A stretch of 64,000 bases of DNA from Octopus vulgaris (taxonomy: Eukaryota). Position numbers and translations under genes: made by a program. The notes below the pieces were generated by a model that saw only the letters and a list, made by a program, of their open reading frames with translations, was not told where the DNA came from and ran no database searches. Of the stretch, positions 53,297 through 64,000 are shown in pieces. How positions within the stretch are numbered: the first letter of the stretch is position 1; each line of letters begins with the position of its first letter. The stretch spans positions 57,908,001 to 57,972,000 of the forward strand of contig OX597821.1 in NCBI GenBank assembly GCA_951406725.2, in the 5' to 3' direction.

Positions 53297-54334
53297 GCTT
53301 AGGTGGTTAGTGAGATCGATAAGAACGACAAATTACATAACTATTACAGGTTCTTTGATTCCATAATAGGGATACCATTAACACTCATGATGTCATTTAC
53401 TTCACCTTTTTGCTCACAGAAAGTGCTTCAGAATGCTGCCTTTATTTGCCAAAGAACCTAACAATGGCATAATAAATCAATAACGTTTGTTTCGAGATTT
53501 AAGTTTTCAATTATTCCATTCCTTGGTGTTATCTGTTTCACAATGAAGCTTCCTTGTAAACAATTTATACATTTATCTATTGGTAAATATAACAACAACA
53601 TAATTTTAATTAACTAATTACATTATTTAATTAATTACTTAGATTTAATAAATTAGAGTTAGGGCAACACTTCCTCATTTCTTTCTGTCCACAGATGCCA
53701 CTCCCTCCGAAACATTTCTTTTAGATCTAAACATTCTGAGTTTAAATATCGTTGAAGTCAACTTTGCTTTTCATTACTTCGAGTTCAATAAAATCAAAGT
53801 ATCAGTGATCTACTGGGGTCGATGTTATCAAACTGTATCCTCCCTTCAAACTTGTTGGCTTGGAACCCTCCAACAGATTGGAATCCCATTCAGGGAAATC
53901 TTATGAACTTTGTCATTTATACCCCATGGAAACATGGTAATCGGCGTCAACGATCTTAGAGATCCAGAAAATTTCTTTAAAATATTAGTAAGTATTAGTG
54001 ATTTTATCTTAAAAACAGATATTCACCTCAAGTAGTTCAATTTTCCATCGCACACCGCTCTCCTTCGAGCAAATGTCTTTTACCATAGTTCCGGAATGAC
54101 CAATGCTTTGTGACCAGAATATGGTAAACGGAAATTATGTAATTCTGACATACCTTATATCGACTTAAATTGATGTAAATTATAAATATCGGTAAGAAAC
54201 TAAAATCCTGGTCATAATCCATCGTCATTTTCGCCGTCATAAATACAAAGAACTACAAATTGTCCCTTTGGGCAACTGTAACCAACGAAACTCTGGTTCA
54301 CAATTTGCAATATAAAACAAAATATTACGTTGTC

Positions 54335-54630
54335 ACATGATCAACCAAATTATCAGATGTTGTTATACATCGCTTGTCACAACTCACATCACTTTTCGCA
54401 TCGTTTTAGCTTTTGAACGATGCAACCCCGCTGGTGAGGCAATCTAGGCAACATTCTCCCTTATCGGAAGACTAGTTCCTAGCAAGGTTACCTATTTACA
54501 GATGAATGGACTGCAGAAAGGAAAATACAGTGTTTTGCTCCAAAACACAACACGCCGCTCGATCCGGGAATCGAACCCTTAATCACTAGATCATGAGCGC
54601 AACCTCCTAACCACTGGGCCACGTGTGTTC
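54335..54630 (-). mobile_element. SINE family D, degenerate full length
   Basis: Minus strand gtggcccagtggttaggagg...ggttcgattccc head; tail homologous to 26310-26428. Confidence 0.75.
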
Positions 54631-55738
54631 ATAAAGTAAAATAGAAATATTTAATAAAATTTTTCTTGTATCGTAAAGAATTTAACCAATCCTTTTGCAT
54701 TTACTATATACATCGTCTTAACTACAGCCATAAAATGTTTAACTTGCTTGATTCAAGGATACTTCAATATCTTTAACTCTGTATTTATACAGTTAGAAAT
54801 TGCTCTCCATCATTGTTATATTCTTAAAGAATCTGACATTTTTGAAAATAAACACTAGTTAAACACCTCTTTAAAGAGTCTTTCGATTGTGATTCCATAC
54901 TATCTCTATAACTAGCTCAAGCACTTCAGTTCTTACTGCCATTACGGAAGCATTTTCATTAATATTGTAATCTTAAACAGATCGCTATTTACACTCTCAA
55001 AGCTCTTAGCCTGACAAAACACAGACAGCATTGAGTTATACACTCCCAAGCTTCGTGAAATAGTGAAACTCAAATACTACTTATAAACTGCAACCGAATC
55101 TTGTCAATTAAAGCTCACACATGCACACACACACACTATTTATTCACTTCTATTTAAAAATAATTTCATTTATTTCAAGGGGGGAAACTATTAACCGTAA
55201 CTGTTATTCCCTCATCAAAACTAGCCATTATAGAAGGGGTTTCTCTCGGGCACTTTACAACTAACTCATAATCTTTAATGAATATTAGCAAATGAACCAC
55301 TAAAGGCTAAATGTTAAAAGATGCTAATAAGGAAGTGGTCGATGGGGATCAGAATCCATATGCATTTCACCTCCTTCTTCGTCTGACAAAAGTGAAAATT
55401 ACTGTAACACTGAAAGTTGCAGAGTAAAGTGAGAACGCTGCGATGGTTTTGTTAAAAACAATGTATATTTTTCATACAGCTTATATACGTGTATATGTGC
55501 GTATGTGTGTATGTCCATATATATATAGGCAAATCGAATATTAAAAATAAGAAAAATAACAAAACAACAAAAGTCATAAGGACGTACACATGGAATGTAT
55601 TTGCTTGACGTTCAGTATAAGATGAAAAAAAGTGTGGGTGTATAATGTTTTGAGCATTCCTCTTATTCAGAAAGAGAAGAGAGGAAAGGTCCGGAGATGG
55701 AAAAAACGGTCCAGGAAAAGCACGTGTATGGTTACATC

Positions 55739-55784
<46 letters not shown>

Positions 55785-55839
55785 GTCGTTGGCGATTTTT
55801 TCCTCCGTCTTCCCTTCCTTGGATCTTTCCTTTTCCTAT

Positions 55840-55874
55840 GTTTCTGACGAAGAGCTCCGCTCGAAACGTTAATT
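55840..55874 (+). ncRNA. Minimal hammerhead, intact core
   Basis: gttt-CTGACGA-a-gagc(tcc)gctc-GAAA-cg-TT-aatt; stem I is weakened. Confidence 0.75.
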
Positions 55875-55986
55875 CCTCCTTCTTTCTTTCCTTTCCTGAT
55901 CGTCCAATAACACTATACTTGTTCCACATCCTCGCGTTGTTGTGTTTTCTCTGTGTTTTCATGTTTGGATTAACTCTCTCTCTCTC

Positions 55987-56021
<35 letters not shown>

Positions 56022-56108
56022 CGAAGAACAAACAAACAAAAAAACAACAACGCGTGGACTTGATACATATAAAGTTTCAGCAGACGTTCAAGGAAGGAAA
56101 GTAAGGTG

Positions 56109-56143
56109 GTTTTACGTTTCGAGCAAAGCTCTTCTTCGGAAAC
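56109..56143 (-). ncRNA. Minimal hammerhead variant (CCGAAGA core)
   Basis: gttt-CCGAAGA-a-gagc(ttt)gctc-GAAA-cg-TA-aaac; stems are perfect, with a U4C change. Confidence 0.7.
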
Positions 56144-56616
56144 AGAAGAAAGTCCAACAGAAAAGAAAAGCAGAGGAAAAAACTCGCCAACGATTCACAT
56201 GTGGTTAGCAACACAGTTTAATTACATAATAGGTATTGAAAAATATGTTTGAAGTCCAGCTTGGCGAATATCTCAGAGATCCGTTTACCTGTTACAAACG
56301 TTGCTTTAAGCTCTCAACGTATCAGAAAGAAGAAAAATACGAATGAAAATATAAGGGGTAGGAATGAGTAAAGTATTAGAATCTAGAAGAATTTTCTTTT
56401 TCTCCGGCCTTTAGATGATTTATTAATCGCTAGAATATATTTAATCACATGAATCCACTATATTATAGATAACTTGCTTTCAAAAGACGCTAACGATCTT
56501 CTGTTAATACTGGAATGTTGGTTAAGAACTTTTTTTCCCCCAAAACGTTTCATAAAGTTGTACATGTTCAGCTTTATAAAAATTAAACATGCAAATATGG
56601 AGTTAGATAAAATTTT

Positions 56617-56813
56617 CATTTCAAATTTTGGTGCAAAGACAGCAATTTTGATGGTGGTGGTTAGTCGATCACATTGATCCCAATACTTATCGACCACGAA
56701 AGGGTGAAAGGCAAACTCAATCTCGGTGGAATTTGAACTCCGAACGTAAATACAGATGAAATGCAGCCAAGCATTCTCCCGGCGTGCTAATGATTCTGAA
56801 AACTCACCACCTT
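56617..56813 (-). mobile_element. SINE-A, degenerate
   Basis: Family A motifs. Confidence 0.8.
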
Positions 56814-59334
56814 ACGAGTTTTTCCTAATCAGTAACTTTTCCAATGATTTTTGCAGTGCTTAATCCATTGCCTGCCATGAGTCCCATTTGGGGATCTGCT
56901 AAAAGCAATTTCACTGCCGGTTGTTCGTTGTATTTAAAGTGAATTGCTTATGTACATCGCATTTGCATGTTTAACAAGATTTAGTAGTTAAAGTTTGTCT
57001 TTATTAGCTCTGGCTAATTCTAGAGGACATTTTATGTCATAAATCGCAATTTTCGAATTACAAAAATATTGACTGTTTGAAAACGTTTTTTTTTTTCTTT
57101 TTAATGTTGCATTTCCCATTTATATCATTCATAGATATTTCATACACATTCGCATTTAATACTATCGTTTCTAAAAGAAACTAAAATCTTTAAAATTGCA
57201 ATTAAATAGAAAAAGATAAATTTGTTTTTTTTTTATTTCACTTTAGGAACTTTTCGCAAAATTTATCATAATTTCCAAAATAGTTCACATATTAAAAAAA
57301 ACTTAAATACTATATATTACTTTAACTCCTAAGACACCTGACAAAGGCAAAAAATATGAATAAAAACATTTAGCAGTTAATGGCTTAAAGGTAATCTAAT
57401 AGTTTTAGTTTCTCTAGGAAGTAAAAAGCACAATTTCAAGAGAAATTAAATGGTCTATTAAGATCTTATAAAGATGTGCGACAATGAAAATTTCGAATTC
57501 TTAAAAGCAAAATAATAGTCTACAACTTGCAACATATATATTTTGATTTTAATATTGATTTTAAGAATCTGGCTCGAATTTCTCAAGCCCCGCACTAGAT
57601 AGTCTTTGACCCCGCGTTCCGTTCATTCCTCAGTAAATTTACAGAAGCCTTAATGAACAGATGTACAATTGAGTCCTACCACTTTCTCATTAACTAATTG
57701 ATAATATTTAACCTTTTTCATTCCGAAGTCGAAGTAATATCAGATAAAACAGAGATTAATATAATCGAATTGTTTTCGCTGCATTACTTTAATTCAGTGG
57801 CGGAAATCAGTAAATAATATATACGAGATATTTTATACACAATATATAGTTTTTAAACTACACATATTTTTTAACTACGTGTGAATGTGTATGTGTGTGT
57901 GTTTAGTTTACTGTTCCGTTAAGGTAAGAACACCAAAAAATGTACTCCATCCGGTGAGAAATAAATATCATTTAATGTACACAGTATAAAGGTATGAGGC
58001 GACGGATAGTTTCTTGCTTTTGAGATACGGTCAAGGCAGGTTTGTTTTTTTATGGCACGCCTTCTGAGCCTGAATATTATTTGGAGACAAGTCGTGTTAT
58101 AAAAACTTGCCTAGACCCGTGTCTCCAAAGCACGAAACTACTAGTAACTTGTAACATTTACACGGTGTACATTAAATATGTGTGTGTATATTTATGTATA
58201 TTAGTATGTATATGTATGTGAGTATGTGTGTGCATGTGCAATGGGTTCTCTCGTTTTTTACCACCAACGATATTCTAACGACCAATATTATGACTGACAG
58301 GCCATCCACACGGACGATTTGTTTTTGGTGGAGAAGGTTTGTATGGGACTAGCCACATATTTTGAAAATGCTGATAGCAGAAAAGTTGGGAGAAATATTT
58401 GACACTTACACAATGCGCAACACATGCCAGGTTTTTATTCTATTAGAGTTCTCCATCTCCTGGGTTAGTTGCTTTCACCACGGTTCACAGTCCAGCCTAC
58501 CCTGGTAGGTTGAATGTGCACTTGGATACCTCGCAATTACACACAGTCATATATATATTGTTGACAACATGAGAATTTTATGCACTTTCGAGAGAACGTG
58601 ACATAATTCTTTTATGGAATAGTATATCTTGAAGCACACACACGCACACACACACTATAAACATGCTGCTGTTTATAGTTTTATATGTGCTTCGAAATAT
58701 GTTATTCTAAAAAAGAATATATATGTATACATATACACCAAACACATACACACACATACATACATATACACACATGTGTGTGTGTGTGTGTGCATGTATA
58801 TAGTTAAAAATATAAACATTCAAACGTTAATTGAAGGATCGCTGAATACTTTTGAGCAGAGTATCATACATGCATTATTTGTATGCATGCGTACGTATGT
58901 ATGCGTGTGTGTGCAAGTATCGATATTATACACAAGTATATAGATACGCTAAATCACTAGTTAGTTCACATGATATCAAAGTATACAATGCAAATGCAAT
59001 CAAACCAATAAGTTAGTCTCTATGCGGTCGTTCGACCTGCTCAAAACGGCAGACAAATTTCCTCCTATCACATCCCCGATGTCTGCAGAAAGAAAAGACA
59101 CGATAGGCAATCTGGTCGTAGATATACAAATAGATGCCATCGTCACAGCTGGAACGCTTTTAATCATCGATCAGCTCAATAAGCATTTACAATGAGACCA
59201 AATAGCAATACTGTAACATATAAATATAAATCGAACATGGGCGGGGGGATACGTGTCACACTTACTCACGCTTATATATATACACACACGCACATATATA
59301 CATATATATATATATTATTGTTTTTTAATCATTC

Positions 59335-59520
59335 ATTTGTTTCAGTCGTTTGACTGTAGCCATGCTGGAGCACCGCTTTAGTCGAACAAATCTACCCACG
59401 GGACTTGTTCTTTGTAAGCCTGCTACTTATTCTTCGGTCTCTTTTGTCGAACCGCTTAATTATGGGGACATAAACAAATCAGCATCGGTTGTCAACAGAC
59501 ACACAAACATATATATATAT

Positions 59521-59552
<32 letters not shown>

Positions 59553-59705
59553 CGACGGGCTTCTTTCAGTTTCCGTCTACCAAATGCAGTCACAAGGATT
59601 TGGTCGGCCTGAAGCTATAGTAAAAGACACTTGCCCATGGTGCCACGCAGTAGGACTGAACCCGGAACCATGTGGTTAGTAATTTACTTACCCCCACAGC
59701 CATTC
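59335..59705 (-). mobile_element. SINE-B
   Basis: Reverse complement of family B. Confidence 0.85.
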
Positions 59706-59803
59706 CTTTTTATATATGTAGATTCTACGTCATGACTGAAACACACGAACCACAGATGCACACACAAATATGCATATGCAAATATATTGGTATTATAGCG
59801 CTA

Positions 59804-60188
59804 TTCTTTTCTACTCTAAGCACAAGGCTCGAAATTTTGGGGGAGAGGGCCAGTCGATTATATCGATCCCAGTACGCAACTGGTGCTTAATTTATCGACC
59901 CCGAAAGGATGAAAGACAAAGTCGACCTCGGCGGAATTTGAACTCAGAACGTAAAGAGAGACGAAATACCGCTAAGCATTTCACCCGGAGTGCTAACGTT
60001 TCTGCCAGCTCGCCGCCTTGCATATATATTTGTTTATTACCCACGGGGAGGCTAAACATAGAGGGGACAAACAAGGACAGACAAAGGGATTAAGTCGATT
60101 ACATTGACCCCAGTGCGTAACTGGTAGTTATTTAATCTACCTCGAAAGGATGAAAGGCAAAGTCGACCTCGGCGGAATTCGCCGCCTT
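59804..60188 (-). mobile_element. Two adjacent SINE-A copies, the second with an internal deletion
   Basis: 59804-60019 is near consensus. In 60028-60188, ggcggaatt is joined directly to cgccgcctt. Confidence 0.9.
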
Positions 60189-60633
60189 AATAATATAGTG
60201 ATATTATGATGTCATATGTGTATACAAGTTTATTAATGAGGAAACTCGTGATTAAATAGGTAGATTTCAAAGGAAGCGTGTGTGCCTGTGCGAGCTTACA
60301 TACTATTTATGGATAGATACATGCATCCATACATGCATGCATATATATGGAAATCGAAGATTAAAAATTAAAAATAACAAATAACAAATAACAAAACAAA
60401 AGTCAAAAGGGCGCTCAGTATCAGACGGGAAAATGGGTGAGGGTATAACGTTTTACGGCTCTTCGTGTATGGCTCTTCGTCGAAAGAAGAGAGCGGAGCG
60501 GAACGGTCCGGAAAAGGAATTAAGAGCATCTCTACAGATTGTCTATAGAATTCAGAGCCAGCAATTAATTCATAAATACAATACATTAGTACCTCGGTTT
60601 TCGAGCAGCTCTGATCACGAATAAATCGTGCTT

Positions 60634-60666
<33 letters not shown>

Positions 60667-60899
60667 ACTGCTGTACATTCAAAAACGTGCAAGAGAGAGT
60701 ATTGTACTGAAATTAATACAAAAGTGGGCATGATTTTTTTGTTAACTGACGAAGGTCTTTGAAATTGCTCGTCTTGGTAAAGTAACTCTTCTGTAATAAC
60801 ACTTCTTCCTGTTTTTTTTTTTTTTTTTGAGTGCAGGTAAATAATGGATTCCCAATAGAAGTAACGTGTTGTTATTGAGTTCTTGACGAAGTGAGGATG

Positions 60900-61866
60900 T
60901 AGGTTGTTCGACATCTTCAGAAGTATGTCACGGAGATGACGAAAGCAATGTGCACGGACGGATGAAGAGTTTTAAAGAAGAGAAACACAGCATTGAAAGC
61001 AAACCATGCAATGAGAAACCAACGACTCCGACCAATGACACAAATTGACAGTGAGTGGACGAACTGATTCTCGGAGACAGACTAGTCACAATCCTTGAGC
61101 TTGCTATACGACCGGGTGGTGGTTACAATGTATTACAGAATATGGTAGAAGATTTAAGTATCGGAAAGTGAGTGACAGAAGATAATTCGGCAGTTGACAG
61201 CCGGTTTGAAAGAGAGAAGTGCGAAATTTTGCTCTGATTTGCTGGAAACATTTGGAGCCAATAAAGACAGAAATTTTTTCCGATCTGGTAACAGGGAATG
61301 AAACGTGGGCATATCTTTATGATCAGGAAGCAAAGGCTCAGTTCATGGGATGGCGTCACACCTCTTTCCAAGGGCAAAAAAAATTGAAAAGCTAGTGATT
61401 AGCACAGAAAGTCATGATAACTGTTTTGGAACGCTAACAAAACCATCAACCTCCTTGTTTTTCTAGAACTGGGATATACCTACCGCAACTGCAAACAACA
61501 CATGAGATACTCAAAAATCTTGGAGAAGCCATTATGACCAAAAAAAAAAAATTTCTAAAACAAAAAACTCAGATTCACCGTCACAGGGCACGGCTCCACA
61601 GATCTTTCAGTAACAAATCAGTCGACTGTAAAAATGGTCTGCTCAGTAGTCACCCATCCACCATAAAGTCCTGTGTTTGATGGACTCCACCTTCAACATA
61701 TTTGGTCTAAAGAAACAGTCTTCAGAAGCAACAACTTCATGACATCGACGAAATAAAAGTGGCTGTGAAATGGTGGATATAGCAGTGCACGTTCCAAAGA
61801 CAATTCGTAAATTAGACGCAACGAAGGCCCAAATGCATCGCTTGTAAGAGCGACTATGTTGATTAA
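60900..61866 (+). pseudogene. Mariner-type transposase pseudogene
   Basis: Disrupted VDELILGDRLVT, LVTGNETWAYLYD.EAKAQFMGWRH, QKVMITV, VVTHPP*SP and KCIACKSDYVD. Confidence 0.85.
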
Positions 61867-62308
61867 TACCTCTTTATACAGAAGCAGTTATTCTGCCAAC
61901 ATGTGCAACGTGAACGACCTATGATAGGTAATAACGTTACATACACACACAATGTGCATACAAATATATATAATACATTTGCTTTATATATTTATATATA
62001 TAATGTATATGTATATACATACACACATGCATACATACATACATACCTACACACACACACATACACATACATATATGCATGCATAACATTGATGGCATTT
62101 CCTGCATTAAGGCAAATCATGCAATGCATGTCCGAGATATGTATACATGAATGCACATGAATCAGATTCTTAAGTAAATCTTTGATTTTTATGAGACGCA
62201 GCTGGGAGAGCATACAGACTTGTTATCTGCACCCTGTTTTCATTTGTAATGTCTGTCTTTGATTCTTTTAAAATAGACTGTTCTGATTTATGTATTGAAA
62301 TTACTCCT

Positions 62309-62353
<45 letters not shown>

Positions 62354-62409
62354 TGACAAACATACATACATAAATAGATACATACATACGCATTCATATT
62401 CATATATAA

Positions 62410-62629
62410 GTAGGTAGGTAGGTAGGTAGGTGGGTGGGTGGGTGGGTAGGTGGATAGATAGATAGATACATACATACATATGTAGATAGATAGACAGACA
62501 AACAGACAGAAAGACATAGATACATGCACGCATACATACATAGGTAGATAGACAGACGGACAGACAGATAGATGTATACATACGACAGACAGACAGACAG
62601 TCAGACAGATACATGCTTACATACATAGG

Positions 62630-62661
<32 letters not shown>

Positions 62662-62885
62662 TACATACATACATACATGCTTACATACATACCTGCTTAC
62701 ATACATACATGGTTACATACATAGGTAGATAGACAGACAGACATACAGACAGATAACTAGATCGATAGACAGACAGACAGACAGATAGATACATACGTAC
62801 ATACATACATACATACATACATACATACATACATACATACATACATACATACATACATACATACATGCATACATACATACATATT
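62410..62885. repeat. Compound tetranucleotide microsatellite
   Basis: TAGG, TAGA, CAGA and TACA blocks. Confidence 0.95.
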
Positions 62886-63504
62886 TATCAATACATCTTT
62901 TGATATAATGTAATAGTTACAGGATATTCAGTAACCGAAATGAGAGCTAAAATAACGTTATCAGCTACAAAGCAGAACTATGCAAGAAAACTACACCGAA
63001 AAGAATAGATATTAATATTAAATAACGATTTCGCCTAGATGCGTATCTGTTTCAATTGCTAACTCTGTCTCATCAGCTGAGAAAGAGAGCTGTGTTCGTA
63101 CAGCAGCCATTTAAATATATTTTCGAGGTATTCTATGTTATTAGCAGTGAGTTGGTAAGACTGTTATTTTACAAACTGCTTTTGATTTCCAATGATTGAA
63201 TTTTAAAGAGAACAAGCACGCTATTTGCTATGATGTTCTATACTTAAAAATAGCTCTAAAGGTTTTAAATCTGGAAGCTTAATAAATGTATTTCTCAATG
63301 CATGTTTCGATATATTTTCATGTAAGATTCACAATGTTGAAAGTAGAGTTAAATTAACGTAATCTAATAAACGGATGCAAGAGTATATATGTAAGAAGCT
63401 CAGATGTTAATCGCTAGGTTAAATTGTTCAACTTATAATTATGTTTGTTGGTTTGGTGATGCAAACCGGAAAAATAGGCTCAAATCATGAGTACCTTTTA
63501 TCGT

Positions 63505-63708
63505 TTCCTTCTTTCAGTCATTTGGCAGCGGCCATGCTGGAGCGCTCATTGAAAGAATTTTTTTCAGTCGAATGAATTGATCCCAGTACTTATTCTTTTT
63601 TAACCCTGGTACTTATTTTATCAGTCCTTTTTGCCGAACAGCTAAGTTACAGGAACGTAAACATACCAACATCGTTTGTCAAGTTGTGATGAGGAGCAAA
63701 CACACACG

Positions 63709-63720
<12 letters not shown>
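63505..63720 (-). mobile_element. SINE-B 3' half
   Basis: Reverse complement of the family B tail, running into microsatellites. Confidence 0.8.
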
Positions 63721-63802
<82 letters not shown>

Positions 63803-63853
63803 GACAGAGAGACAGAGAGAGACAGAGAGAGACAGAGACAGAGAGAGACAGAC

Positions 63854-63914
<61 letters not shown>

Positions 63915-64000
63915 TAGATACAGACAAACGGACAGAGAAAAAGAGAGGGGCAATTATACAGATAGAGAAATTAAATATATCAAATTTTAATAGTTTTGGT

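Larger units (their letters stand above)
55545..56205. mobile_element. Cluster of three pLTR-type repeats in -,+,- orientation
   Basis: Hammerhead motifs at ~55638-55676 (-, decayed), 55840-55874 (+) and 56109-56143 (-), separated by microsatellites. Confidence 0.75.

Noticed and set aside
60741-60778. CTGACGA-aggtcttt-GAAA hammerhead candidate
   Set aside because: Stem II is too weak and stem III is unpaired.
63040-63080. Minus-strand CTGATGA...GAAA candidate
   Set aside because: No supporting helices.

Overview
AT-rich, microsatellite-dense eukaryotic non-coding DNA. The SINE families and repeat landscape point to an Octopus genome (inferred, not database-checked). I found no convincing host protein-coding exon; most listed ORFs are microsatellite or SINE artefacts. 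The window contains several tRNA-headed SINE families (some nested or dimeric, with TSDs), a decayed R4/Dong-type RLE LINE, CR1-like and Hero-like LINE 3' ends, a Helitron helicase remnant, three ~396-bp non-autonomous Helitrons, mariner and hAT remnants, and two Penelope-like (Neptune-type GIY-YIG) remnants. The most notable signal is about 16 intact, variant or decayed minimal type I hammerhead ribozyme motifs of the Penelope pLTR type. They belong to several unrelated sequence families, sit mostly next to (TA)n/(CA)n tracts and often within fold-back inverted repeats. They include one with a minisatellite-expanded stem II, a palindromic double hammerhead, and three-ribozyme clusters. Boundaries of degenerate elements are approximate.
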